This document shows, in pieces, positions 26,743 to 39,339 of a DNA stretch of 64,000 nucleotides. Origin of the DNA: Eledone cirrhosa (taxonomy: Eukaryota). A program made the translations under genes and the position numbers. Numbering within the stretch: position 1 is the stretch's first letter; every line of letters begins with the position of its first letter. The notes below the pieces were generated by a model. It did not search any database. It was given only the letters and a program-made list of their open reading frames with translations, and was not told the DNA's origin. The stretch is taken from assembly GCA_964016885.1 (NCBI GenBank), contig OZ024742.1, positions 314,588,001 to 314,652,000 of the forward strand, written 5' to 3'.

Positions 26743-28328
26743 TTGTTTTGCTCAATATTGAGCAACTGCGAAGTTCATTTCAAATGTTTAACAGATTTCA
26801 ATTTGCCAATTCCTGATGAAGAAATGCGGCAACTTATCTTAGCATTGAACATCAGATTGCGGCTTAGACGGTTGCCACTCGATCGGAGGGAACTATTCCA
26901 GTTTGATACACTGGAACAGCAACGTATTGTGAATGAACGTATGCCAATGTTGACCCAATCTCAGAGAGAATTCGTCGATGGCGTTCTCCGCTCGATTTCC
27001 ACTAATGAGCAACTTTGTGCTTTCTCTTATGCTCCAGGAGGCACCGGAAAGACATTCTGTTTCAACACTATGTTATCGGCAGTCAGAGCTCAGAGGAAGA
27101 TTGCTCTCCCTGTGGCCACAAGTGGGATTGCTGCCACTTTGCTGAGTGGTGGAAGGACCTTCCACTCATGCTTCAAGGCTCCATTGGCTCCGGATGAGTT
27201 GAGTGTATGTAACATTACAGGGCAAAGTGAACTCGCGGGCCTTATACGCTATATGTCTCTGATTATTTGGAACGAGGCTCCAGTGGCACACAGATATTTG
27301 CTGGAGGCATTGGACAGAACTTTGAGAGATATCTGCGGTAGTGACCTGTCATTCGGTGGTAAGACTCTCCTTCTTGGTGGCGATTTCAGACAGGTGATAC
27401 CAATTGTTAGGAATGCTCAAAGTGCGCAAATTGTCGATGCATGTCTGAAAAAGTCCCCGTTGTGGCGCCATTTCAGAGTTTTGCGATTAGACGATAATAT
27501 GCGACTTCGTATGTTCGGGAAAAACGAAGAGGCTGACACATACGGCCGATGGTTGATGCAGTTGGGAAACGATGAATTGCCACACGTTGTTGAAATTCAG
27601 ACTGTAAGAATCCCAGACCATTTGGTCATGCCACTGGACCGCCAAGCATTGATTGACTGGGTGTTCCCTAATTTGAATGCTTTTTGGCAGAATATCTCCT
27701 GGATATCGGAACGCGTTATTCTAACTCATACGAATGCAACGGTCAAGGAAATAAATTCACAAGTAGCCGGAATGTTTCCTGGGGAAGAATGGTTGACGGT
27801 CAGTGCGGATGCAATGGAGCATAATCAGCAGAACAATATGGATGTTCCGACTGAGTATGTGAATTCACTTCAAATACCCGGATTCCCCCCACATATTTTG
27901 AGGTTGAAAAAGGGTTTGCCGATTATATTGCTTAGAAATATCAATCATAAAATGGGTCTTTGCAATGGTACCAGATTGATTGTTGAGAGAGATTGGTTAA
28001 CGGAAGAGTTTTAGAAGCTAAACTCCCAGGCAGAGAGGACTCAGTTCTCATTCCGAGGATCATGCTGATACCAAGTGAAGATCTGCTGTCATTCATTTGG
28101 CAAAGGAGACAGTTTCCAGTCAATTTGGCCTCCTCCATGACTATCAACAAGGCACAGGGACAGACTTTCAAGCGAGTCGGTGTCTACTTGAATGATCTAG
28201 CATTCAGCCATGGGAAACTGTATGTTCCTGCACCTCGAGTGTGCGATCCTGATGGTGTAAAATTTCCAATTGATACCACTAACAGAGGAACAACCCTGAA
28301 TATTGTCTATAATGAAGCTTTGAGCTGA
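26743..28328 (+). pseudogene. PIF1-family (SF1B) Helitron helicase, frameshifted near 27990
   Basis: APGGTGKT, VATSGIAA, GGRTFHS, IIWNEAP (Walker B D>N), GGDFRQVIP, LCNGTRL, TINKAQGQT, FSHGKLYV. Confidence 0.92.
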
Positions 28329-29081
28329 TGTATGCATATCTTTAATTCTATCAATAAGCGACGTAAATGATTCGGACATTGGTGTCCTTTGATCAGTATT
28401 GTGAGCTTTGACAGAGTTATCATTCATGTTCAATTTCATTTAATGTCGTTATGAGCAATAAAAGCAAACAAGTATTTGTAAAAATTGCTTTCACTGCTAT
28501 GTTGCGCAATAAATACCAACAAGTATTGGTAGAAATTGCCTTCACTGCTATGAATATTCGACGTAAATGATTCAGACATTGATGTCCTTTGATCAGTATT
28601 GTGAGCTTTGACAGAGTTATCATTTCTGTTCAATGTCATTTATTGTCGATAATGAGCAATAAAAACCAACAAGTATTGGTAGAAATTGCCTTCAAATTTA
28701 TCGCTACTGATAGAGGTGGTAATAAAACCTCATCATATGCTGAGTCTGGGAAAAAGTTTGGTGCCTATGGCCGGCCAGGGCTAGAGTAATATTGAAAAAC
28801 GATTCTATTTTCGAAGTAGAAGGATCCGCCATTTGGAGTTCAAACCAGGCCACCTCCCTGAATTGAACTCTGGGCAATATTGACTGTCTATTACTTAGTG
28901 GCTAAGAGCCTGGAAATTACTGAATACATTTTTGTGTCATATAATTTGTTGTTTTATTATTATAGCTGACCACTTATAGATAAGCATGTTATCCATATCC
29001 ATATTAATTTGGCATTTGTATAAACCATTTCAACTAAATAGGGACCGTTTTTACATTGACGGACATATTTTATATTAATTA

Positions 29082-29440
29082 TCTATATCTATATCTACAT
29101 ATAATATAAAAGATTGGAACTTCCATCATCCTTTTGAGAAACGTGGAACAACCACGTCTCTGCAATGAAACACGCTTTACAGTCAGGCAGAAGATGAACC
29201 ATCTCCTAGAGGTCACTATTCTAGGTGGAAGCACCTAGAATTGTTCATATACTATGCACAAATGGTACAACGAAGAATCTGGTATATCTGGAAGATTTGT
29301 TTTACTGTTTTCTGTATCACACAACCATCACGAACTCGCCTCATACTGCAACCAGACAAACATCCAATACAGTCATTTTCTCTTTTACCTGCCTTCTCTT
29401 ATCATCTGTTTACCCGGGAGAAGCTGGGTACGTCAGCTAG
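29082..29440 (+). mobile_element. Mini-Helitron with canonical ends
   Basis: A|TC...hairpin cccgggagaagctggg...CTAG|T; retains a helicase-tail-like PRIVHI..NGTTKNLVYLEDL. Confidence 0.75.
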
Positions 29441-29542
29441 TAATTATAATGGAGCTAACCTGGCATATATCGTGTCAATCTTAACGTTATTTACGTGTAA
29501 GCAAACCCAATATTAATAATGTTATGATATCATTATAATATT

Positions 29543-29698
29543 AGGGTCGGACGCCATGCCTTGGCGTATAGAGTTACGGCCTTTGCCATTCTGAGTTCTA
29601 ATCCCGCCGAGGTTAACTTTGCCTTACGGGGTCGATAAAATAAAGTACCAGTCTTGCACAGGGTAATTTGCTGGCCTAGTGCCAAACGTAGAAACAAT
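29543..29698 (+). mobile_element. tRNA-derived SINE, 5'-truncated
   Basis: Same core and tail as 15112. Confidence 0.85.
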
Positions 29699-31023
29699 TA
29701 TAATATTAATATTATTCACTCGCAAATACACTTACTATTGGATAACATTTGGGTTTATAATAATTACGTGACGTTTTATTGAATATATAAATATCACCGA
29801 TCTTCTATATCTAATTTAACTCGGCTAAATTATCTTCTACACTCTATTCTGCTATTGAACATTTTCAACATCTATAGCATTTTTGAAAACATTAGATACG
29901 TGTTGAGAATATTACAGTTATAGCAAATGCGTTTAAATAGGTGCAATCATGGAATAGAAATGTTACCAAAACTGCTGAATATTTACTTTTCGTGAGTAGT
30001 TATCCCTGAATGCAAGTGTAAAGAGATTGTTCTTCCTCTGGTGTATCATAAAACGCTTCAATTGTGTAAGTATATGTCAGACAAGAGATAGATTCATAAG
30101 AATGGCTGTGAATGTAAACTGTGTAGCGATCAATTTGTAAATATCTGGAAGCTCAACTTGAAATGTATAGCGTGAGGAATTCATACCTGACAGCTTCTTA
30201 GAAATAATATTCTATAAAATGTCATGTTTGACCGAACAACGTTCTTTGTGATATAAGCTGTTCAATGAGTTTACAGTAACACATTTTCAAATAGGATATT
30301 AAAATTGAAAGTTCTAAGAATTCTTCCGATTCTGGAGAAAAAAACTTCTATAACTGCAATTATCAATGTGATGCGTTCATTAAAGTGATTTCGAGTTCTC
30401 CGACGCAGTTATCATAATTACTATTCTAGATAAAATGAAAAGGTATTTGTCATCAGAATATCCATGTCTGGACTATTATGCTGAAAATTGTATAAGATAG
30501 TCTGGAATGATACAATTGACTTCTAAATTAAATTTCTTTGCTTAAGAACAGGTGATGCTAAATGTTTCATTAGTTAGCTCACCTGTTCCAAAATACCATG
30601 CAATATTTCTAAAGCGAACACTATGCTAATTCGCACTCATGACATTTTATATGGTGCACCAAGAACTTTCAGAATATCCGCCAAATGAAGATGAATTTGA
30701 GGCAAGTATGCTACTTCAAAATACCAGTTGTTTCAGTACTAATGTTTATATGAAAACCATCATTTTACACATCCCAACGAAATTACATTATGTGGTCATA
30801 ATTGGAAATAGTTTAGTAGATACACTGAACATTGTTGTTCCATTGAACACATGAAATCTGCATTATACAAGAATAGTTTTCTTAACGATTCATAAATAAA
30901 CCTTACAAAAACAGTCGACATAATTGCACTTCTCAATTACGTGAACTACAACTAAATGAATCTATGACTGGAAATAAGGCATTTCCTTCCCAATATTCTG
31001 TTTCATTATTTTTAAGGATACAA

Positions 31024-31213
31024 GGGCGGTGAATTGGCAGCATCGGTAGAGGGTCGGACGCCATGCTTTGACACATAGAGTTACGGCTCTTGCCATTCTG
31101 AGTTCAAATCCTGCCGAGGTTAACTTTGCCTTTCATCCTTACGGGGTCGATAAAATAAAGTACCAGTAATGCACTGGATAATTGCTGGCCTTGTGCCTAA
31201 AGTAGAAACAATT
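31024..31213 (+). mobile_element. tRNA-derived SINE, full length
   Basis: ggcggtgaattggcagcatcgg...gagttcaaatcc...tail; tattttttaaggata repeated on both flanks. Confidence 0.9.
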
Positions 31214-31961
31214 ATTTTTAAGGATATCAATGCAGCAAAACATTGCTGAAGTACCATAATAGCACAATATCCTACAACTTTAGACCATCATGGGCAAAAC
31301 ACCCAGTTTTCTATCATTAAATTGATCATTTTATCTGACAGGAAATACATCAGTTACAAATACATCTCAAATCGGGAATTTTTATTTGTTACATGTTTGT
31401 AACTACATAACTGAACTTACTTGCCACATCAATCATTCTAATGTCAAAACAGTACTCTTGTGTTTTACACAAACAAAAACCATTTTTATACATATACTTT
31501 AAGATTAATTTTGTTTCTTATATATTATATAAAAACTTCTGCAGTTTATTATTCGGCAAACAAGTGACTGTAGTGACTGTTACGTTTTTGATATTTTCAC
31601 ATATTTGATATTTTAATTATAGTTCCAGATAATCAAATGAAAAGCCTGTTAACGAATAACGTCATGCATAACTAATCAAAAGTATTTAATTACCGAACAA
31701 AGAGAATTAAACTTAAATGATGCAGTGCAAATTTTGTGAATGAAACTACGGTGTCTACCAAGCATTAAACTAATTGAAATTGATTACCATTTATCAATTA
31801 TGAATTGAAAGTAACTGCTATTATATACAGCAATATATGTATTGCTAGTATTGTTTATTAATGATATGATCTATGACATTGTCTCACTAATTTACGAATA
31901 GATAATGTTTAAGATCTCTAAAACAAACTAGTAAATGTCTTACAACAATTACAATATGATA

Positions 31962-32004
<43 letters not shown>

Positions 32005-32020
<16 letters not shown>

Positions 32021-32903
32021 TGAGGATGTCTGTCTGTGTGTGAGTTCGAATCCCTAAAACTCGAGAACCACCCAACCGACTGTTTTCAAACTTTACACAT
32101 TAATACATATGTTTCAGGGAGTGTTCTGAGCAATTTCAAATTGTCTATGCACCAGGGATCACATTAGGAGATTTAGCGATCTCGCTCTATAATTCTTAGT
32201 CTTTCTCTTTTTAGATAGATACATACTTATAACGTCGCGCCCTTATAATATCTGTTTGTGTGTCTGACTACCTGCATTACGTCATTTCCTTGAGGATGTG
32301 TGTGTGTGCGTGTGAGTTTGAATCCCTAAATCTCCAGAAGTACCCAACTGATTTTTTTCAAACGTTACATGTGTATTACTTATGCTTCATGAAGTATTAT
32401 GCATATAAAAAAAATCAACTTTTTTTTATCTCCTAGGGCCCGCGTTAGGTGAAAAACTGCGTTGTTTAACATTTTTAGTGTTTTTTTGAGGCGTTACGTA
32501 AGACCGATTTCCTTGAAATTGTAACTATGCTTTAGTTAGTCTCTTCTTCATACCGTTACCAAAGAAAATCCAACTTTCTTATGGCCTAGGGCCCGCATTA
32601 GGTGAAAAACTTCATTTTTTCAGCTTCTTAGGGCTTTTTGGAGGCGTTACGTTTAGCCGATTTTCCCGAAATTTCAAGGCATATTATGCACATAAAAAAT
32701 TCATTTTCCTGATCCTCTAGGGCCCGCATTAGGTGAAAACCTGCATTTTTCCTGCTTCATCGAGGAGAATCTTAAAGATTATCCAGCCATCAGAGTATTC
32801 GGTCTATTTTCTTTACATATTGTCCAGGCATGCAGTTTTTTGGTCTATTGGCCCCCGCGTTCCAAAATAATTTATCCCGTGCAACGCCGGATACCACTAC
32901 TAG
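32005..32903 (+). mobile_element. Non-autonomous Helitron inserted in (TA)n
   Basis: 5' tatataaaactgaggatgtctgtctgtg; 3' cccgtgcaacgccgg...CTAG|T; internal repeats ctagggcccgcattaggtgaaaa at ~32433, 32586 and 32718. Confidence 0.8.
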
Positions 32904-33108
32904 TATATATATATAAAATCAAGGGAAAGCAAATAAAGAAAAAAATTAAAAATATATTTCAAAAAATGCACTCTACTTACTATATGCGCCTTTACCGCGG
33001 TTTCAGATCCAACAAGAAATAGATAATCCAAGCGGATTTCCATTGATAAAGAAATCATATATATATATGATATATATGTATGTATAAGCCTAACCCTAAA
33101 CCTAACCA

Positions 33109-33269
33109 GATGGCTGAGTTTCGGCCGTTTGTACAGCTAGATCTAGCTGACAAAACGTCCAGAGCTCAGCCGTCGGTGTTATGATCATTTACTATTACCC
33201 ACTCTACTAATTATTGAGTACTCTGGTGCATTATAGTCCACGTGGTATCTTACCACACCCTCCTTCTTA
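33109..33269. repeat. Divergent family X element with hairpin 33109-33174
   Basis: ctattacccactctact..attgagtactctggtgcatta shared with 39160-39240. Confidence 0.75.
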
Positions 33270-33395
33270 TGTATATGTATATGTGTGCGTGTGCATGTGT
33301 GTTTGTGTGTGTGCATGTATGTTTATATATATATAAATATGACATATCACGCCTTCGTCAGACATTTTTTCTAATGCCAAATAAAAGAATTAAAT

Positions 33396-33582
33396 AATTG
33401 TTTCTAATTTAGGCACAAGGCCAGCAATTACCCAGTGCATTAATGGTACTTTATTTTATCGACCGCGTCAGGATGAAAGGCAAAGTCAACCTCGGCGGGA
33501 TTTGAACTCAGATCGTAAAGGGACGTAACTATGCTGGAAAGCATGGCGTCCGACCTTCTACCGATACTGCCAATCCACCGCC
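33396..33582 (-). mobile_element. tRNA-derived SINE, full length
   Basis: Core match; ataaaagaattaaataat repeated on both flanks (TSD-like). Confidence 0.9.
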
Positions 33583-33980
33583 ATAAAAGAATTAAATAAT
33601 GTTGGTGACATATTAGACCAAAACATTGTCTGATACATTAAGTTCGGATTCACTCACGATGTGAGGTATTAATGGTATATAACAATCCTACGCAATAAGT
33701 GGACAGATCAGTAGGAAAGAAATGTTGTTTAAAACACAAGAGATAAACAATATCAGGAATTTAACTGAACACACCATTAGTATAGGAACCATATGTAGAG
33801 ATCTCTATGGATCTGATTAACTAATTCTTTAGTAATAAATTGTTTTTCATTTTGTAACGTGTCTAAGTCGAATGAAATGATTTGATACACTAATATGTGG
33901 CTTGTTTGTTTGTGTCTGTGTATTTTAACCATAGATGTATAAAACACAATTAAGGAATCTAAAATATGTTTTATGTTTCT

Positions 33981-34071
33981 GTTTGCCTTTCATCCTTACG
34001 GGGTCGATAAAATAAAGTACCAGTAATGTACTGGGTTTGTGATGGCCTTGTGCCAAAAAGTAGAAACAATT
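33981..34071 (+). mobile_element. SINE 3' half
   Basis: tttgcctttcatccttacggggtcgataaaataaagtaccag plus tail. Confidence 0.85.
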
Positions 34072-35060
34072 ATATAAAAATACTCAGATTAGTCTTTCAT
34101 CACTGACAAAAATATTTGGAAAATATTTTATTATACTTAAGATATTATATGCACTTGTCAGCTGCATTTATAAATTCTTAGGAAGTTTGGGTGAATATAT
34201 TACGTCACTTTAAGTTCCTATTAGAAGGTAGAAAAACAAAAATATATACACTGATGTATAATGTTAAATTTATGTTTATATTAACAATGAAAATTGTGGT
34301 TGATAGAATTTCATGCAGCTTTTAAATTATAGTTATTTATATAAATCATTTACTATAAATAGCATCATCGGAGTTCTTGAAATCAAAATAGCCTCGTATA
34401 TTTCTAGATTCCCTCTAATGTTTTTAAAACGAAACTCTTTCTGCAATAATTATATTATTTTTTAAAATGACGAAACGAAATTTCTTCTCTAGGCAATTAC
34501 CGAACCGACTGCTAATGTTGAACCGATTGAGGATTCTGTGTATAGTTTCGTATTTCAAGCATCACTAGCCCATATATAAATAGGAGACTGTGACTTCACA
34601 AAACCATGGCTATTAAAGACTATTATAAAACTGCAAAGAGCTTCACATTAAAAATGCGATGTATGAGTCTAAAAATATACCCACAAACCCTTATACTTCC
34701 ATACATTCAGAATGTGCGGAAATGGCCCAGAAATGCAATGACGTAGGAAAATGTATCACTACTGACACGAACGGATGGTTAAATAGTTCTCATAGAAACT
34801 TGGTACGCATTACCATACACAAGAGATTTCTAGTAATGCCTCAAAAGAAAATATGACATAACCATTTTACAAGTATGTGGTTCGAATGAATTTTTTAAAC
34901 ACTATTTTAAATAGTGCTTAACGTACTCACCCGTTGTCCAAGTTATGCAGGGATTAGATTCGTCGCAATTGCCACTATCCACTGTTTTCCATTTCGCGGA
35001 GCAGTCCATTGTTTATAGTGATATATCATTATGGTCATTTGCATTGGAATGCAAACATTG

Positions 35061-35140
<80 letters not shown>

Positions 35141-35143
<3 letters not shown>

Positions 35144-35354
35144 CGAAGGAAATGTGGTAAGGAACCAGGTGGACCATAACGCACCAAAGTACTCAATACT
35201 TGGGGTAGTAGAGTGGGTAATAGGAACCAGTAAGACCCCGACGGCTGAGCTCAAGCCGTTTCGACGGCTAATTCTGGAATTAGCCGTCTGGAATTAGCCG
35301 TCCAGAATTAGCCGTCGAAACGGCTTGAGCTCAGCCGTCGGGGTCTTACTGGTT

Positions 35355-35358
<4 letters not shown>
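35141..35358. mobile_element. Family X fold-back element between (TA)n tracts
   Basis: Near-perfect hairpin 35221-35358; each arm carries GAAAC-GGCU(ugagcuc)AGCC-GUC. Confidence 0.85.
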
Positions 35359-35453
<95 letters not shown>

Positions 35454-35992
35454 ACTAATATATTTATTATCATACTTTCTTATTACCTTGCCATTATTTT
35501 TTTTACCAAACATTCTTAATCGGTCTAGCATGAACGCAAATTATTTGTTGTTACTGAAAATAAGCTCTTTTTTCACTCTTGATACATATTCTGTCTGTAT
35601 ACTCTCGACTGCAATGTTTTATTCATATAGTGGGTTATTTTGGTTGTAACATTTCATAATGACCACAATCTCCTTCTTACTTCATGGCTTGCGCACAGTT
35701 TGTGGCTGACTGTCGGGTAGACCTTAAGCGGCACATATAGCCTGTCTGACATGGAAACTTAATATGCAATTCTCGCTCAATGTACTTACTTCTTTGGGAG
35801 AATATACCTATAATTCAGCTTTCCACATACTCTGTAGCGCTGATTCTGCTAGAAAGCTATTCTTCAGAAACGTTACCTTAAATATATACCTGTGGAATAC
35901 TAAATCACTTAAACATTAAATCATGGACTGCAGGTTCACTCAATAGAACAAAAAACGACTGTCGTCGAATCAGCTAGAAGATATATATTAAT

Positions 35993-36179
35993 AATTGTTT
36001 CTACTTTTGGCACAAGACCAGCAATTATCCCAGTGTATTACTGGTACTTTATTTTATCGACACTGTAAGGATGAAAGGCAAAGTTAACCACGGTGGGATT
36101 TGAATTCAGAACGATCATAAAGGGCTGTAACTCTATGCTGTAAAGCATGGCGTCCGACCCTCTACCGATACTGCCAATC
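35993..36179 (-). mobile_element. tRNA-derived SINE
   Basis: Core match. Confidence 0.9.
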
Positions 36180-36581
36180 TAAAGAATGGATTGCTCATGC
36201 GTGGAGATGCGATGACATAGCTTATGAAATAGGGTGAATACCCTTAAAGACGGAAAAAGAAGTTGTCATCTGCCGTTATTATTTATTATTTTGTTTTCAT
36301 GGACAGTTTCAAGCGAGTTTCCGCATCATGTTTCTTAAATGCTGCATACCATTTGTATTATTTTTGCAGGAAATGGCATATACTTCTTCTAAAAGTGCAC
36401 TGCATCAGTATTCGTTTCTTATTATATTTAGCTTCAAATTTCTGGTGTTCTTCATTGTTTTTTTTTTTTAAACGTAGACTATGCGTAACATGAAAGGTGA
36501 TATTTCATGTAGGGGTGTATGACTTGCGTACTCGACGTTAGGTGTCAGGGTTCGTTGGTAATTAACTTTAATTCATCCGTA

Positions 36582-36796
36582 AAGGAGGATAGATTGGCAG
36601 AATCAGTAGAGGGTCGGACAAACTGCTTTGTGGTATGTAGTAATGGTTCAAATCCCTTCAAGATCAACTTTACTGTTCATACTCTCGAGATTGATAAAAT
36701 TAAGTGCCAGTTAAGATCTGGGGAATGAGGGAGTGGACGTATTTGATTCCCATCTCAGCTAAAATTGCTAAACTTGCGACTAAATCAGAAACCATT
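36582..36796 (+). mobile_element. Diverged SINE
   Basis: gattggcagaatcagtagagggtcgga...ggttcaaatcc...ttgataaaattaagtgccag. Confidence 0.7.
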
Positions 36797-36964
36797 ATTT
36801 CATTTGTATGTATTTAAATTATTTAGGAGAAAAGCCTTATTTTATGTGGAAATGTAATAAGCAAGTAATCAAGGTTTCACACCTTTTGCAACGCTTATAT
36901 CCCAGTAATTATCATAGTGTGCGTGTGCGCGCGTGTGTGTGTGTGTGTGTGTGTGTGTATGCGC

Positions 36965-37030
<66 letters not shown>

Positions 37031-37698
37031 GTTTGTGTTTGTGTGTTTCAATTCAAGCAAGTTCTCTCTCTAACCGTGATGAATCTAGTTAAACTCATAA
37101 AAATATGTTTATTCATTCAGATGAAATGATATCTGTTTTATGTTTGAATTGTATTGATTCATTGTGAATCAATGGTATAGTTCTCCTTGCATTTATGAAG
37201 GAATGTTCAATTAAACATTTCACGAGGTTATGCATTTTGAAACGTTAATTGTCTTCAATGTTTGTTGAGGTTGTTTGAATAAGAGAAAAACAAACATAAA
37301 TATGTTCGTGATAAAAAGTTCATTTATATTATTGGACAGCGTGCATGTTATTTGACTTGTATAGCATGATGACATGAAAGAGCTGGCGTTGCGGGTATAT
37401 TGATAAAAATTTCAATTTACGTAAAACAATTAAAACATCTCTATGTATAAAGAAATCATGATATAATTTCACGTGATTATTGATGAATCAGTTAGTCAGT
37501 AGATTAAAATTTGGAATAATTATTTGCATTATTGCCTTATGCAGACCCATGTCTCGAGAGTGTAAATAGGTTTCATTTCGTTTATAAATGCGATATTTAT
37601 TTGAGGTCTTTAGAATGAATAATATGATTCTGGCGCATTCTTTTCCTTGCAGTGCACAATAGTATCATATTTACACATAATATAAACAATTAAGCATT

Positions 37699-37858
37699 GG
37701 ATTGGCAGTATCGGTAGAGAGTCGGACACCATGTTTTATGATCTGAGTTCCAATCCAGCCGAGGTGAAATTTGTCTTTCATCCTTACGGGGTGATAAAAT
37801 AAAGAACCCGAGGTGCAATGGTATAATTGCAGGCCTTGTGCCAAAAGCAGAAACAATT
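37699..37858 (+). mobile_element. tRNA-derived SINE
   Basis: Head, core and tail match. Confidence 0.85.
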
Positions 37859-38191
37859 CTATTTGTCTAAAATTTCGGTAAATGAGATCAGAAGCAGAAA
37901 CGTCGCAAGGGCGTTGTAAGGAGAACTAGTCGCTCATAGATGCAGTTATGAAGGGCCGCAAGATTTTTCTGGGCTTCTTGTATTTTAGTTAATGTGTATT
38001 TTAGTTAAGATTATTTTGCCCCCGGCACCGAGAGCCCTTGATATTCATCTACTTAGAATCCATAATCATACAAATAAAATGGGGTTTCATATTATCTAAT
38101 ACAGTGAAAGAAGTTGTATTAATAACCACACATATGCAGAATATTAGATGAAACCATTAATGGTTTTACTAAATCTACATGATTACTTTAA

Positions 38192-38340
38192 TCCCAGTAC
38201 TTTACACATAAATTATTATATCGACCTCGGGAGGATAAAAGGCGAAGTTGAGCTGGGTAGGATTTGAACTCAGAAGGTGGAAAGTCATCACAAATTTTTT
38301 TTTTTCGACGGCCTAACGATACTAGCTAAACACCGTCCTT
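38192..38340 (-). mobile_element. Diverged SINE
   Basis: tatcgacctcgggaggataaaaggcgaagttgag...ggatttgaactcaga. Confidence 0.7.
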
Positions 38341-38953
38341 ACATGATGAATAATAATAAAAGAAAATCAGAAAACAATACGTATGACATTATTCAAACCG
38401 CCTCCCTTTCTCTCCAAAGCCTTGCGATTGTCTCTACGCACGTGCGCGCCCGTGTGTGTAGGCAGAATTTTACATACATACGTAGACACCGCTGCCTTGG
38501 TCAGCTCACGAGAACGCTCACACTCCTCTACGATCTGTCAGCAGTCAGCTTTGTTTCAATCTGACGCACATCCATTCACAGCTTTGCACTGAAAAACCAA
38601 CAAACCCACACACACACACACTTATACATACACACACGCCCACATATACACACACAAACACACGCACACACACGTGTCAACTCAAAATTTATAGTGATTA
38701 TCTCCCTTTTAAAATCTCTTTACTATTTAAGATACCGGTTGACCAACATTGCTCCTCAACACACACCTGCTATTTCTGCAGGAAATTTTTTTCGTTTCTT
38801 CCTCTTTCTCCTTTTAGCTCTCATTCTATCTTCTGGTGAATGACAAGACTACACATTGTTGGGACTAGTTTCTTACTATATCAAACGTTAAACTTAACAT
38901 AGTAATCGTACTATATTGTTTTCTTCGTTGTTTCCGTTTATTTCTCCAACACA

Positions 38954-39045
<92 letters not shown>

Positions 39046-39049
<4 letters not shown>

Positions 39050-39240
39050 AACCAGTAAGACCCCGACGGCTGAGCTCAAGCCGTTTCGACCGCTAATTCT
39101 GGACTCCAGAATTAGCCGTCGAAACGGCTTGAGCTCAGCCGTCGGGGTCTTACTGGTTCCTATTACCCACTCTACTACCCTAAGTATTGAGTACTTTGGT
39201 GCGTTATGGTCCACCTGGTTCCTTACCACATTTCCTCCGT

Positions 39241-39242
<2 letters not shown>
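39046..39242. mobile_element. Family X fold-back element between (TA)n tracts
   Basis: Hairpin 39046-39162 centred on ctgga-c-tccag. Confidence 0.85.
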
Positions 39243-39271
<29 letters not shown>

Positions 39272-39339
39272 GATCTTGCTCGTCCGCTCCTTTGATAGCT
39301 AAGGATAGCTTAATTATAATCTCTAAATCTGTTGTGGAC

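Larger units (their letters stand above)
25410..29080 (+). mobile_element. Defective Helitron (Rep-deleted, helicase pseudogene); boundaries approximate
   Basis: RepHel-like ORFs 26081-28328; ~370-bp tandem duplication 25413-26070; ~200-bp tandem repeat 28359/28559; motif taaatagggacc..acattgacggacat recurs at ~25642, ~26013 and ~29035. Confidence 0.8.

Noticed and set aside
26743-28014. Host PIF1 helicase gene
   Set aside because: Intronless, Helitron-type flanking motifs, Walker B substitution and a frameshift
34931-35010. Possible Cys-rich exon MDCSAKWKTVDSGNCDESNPCITWTT with a GTGAGT donor (minus)
   Set aside because: No acceptor or upstream open frame and too short to assign
35260-35320. 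CRISPR-like or minisatellite repeats (ggaattagccgtc; also SINE arrays)
   Set aside because: No unique spacers or cas genes, eukaryotic context; explained by slippage at a hairpin centre
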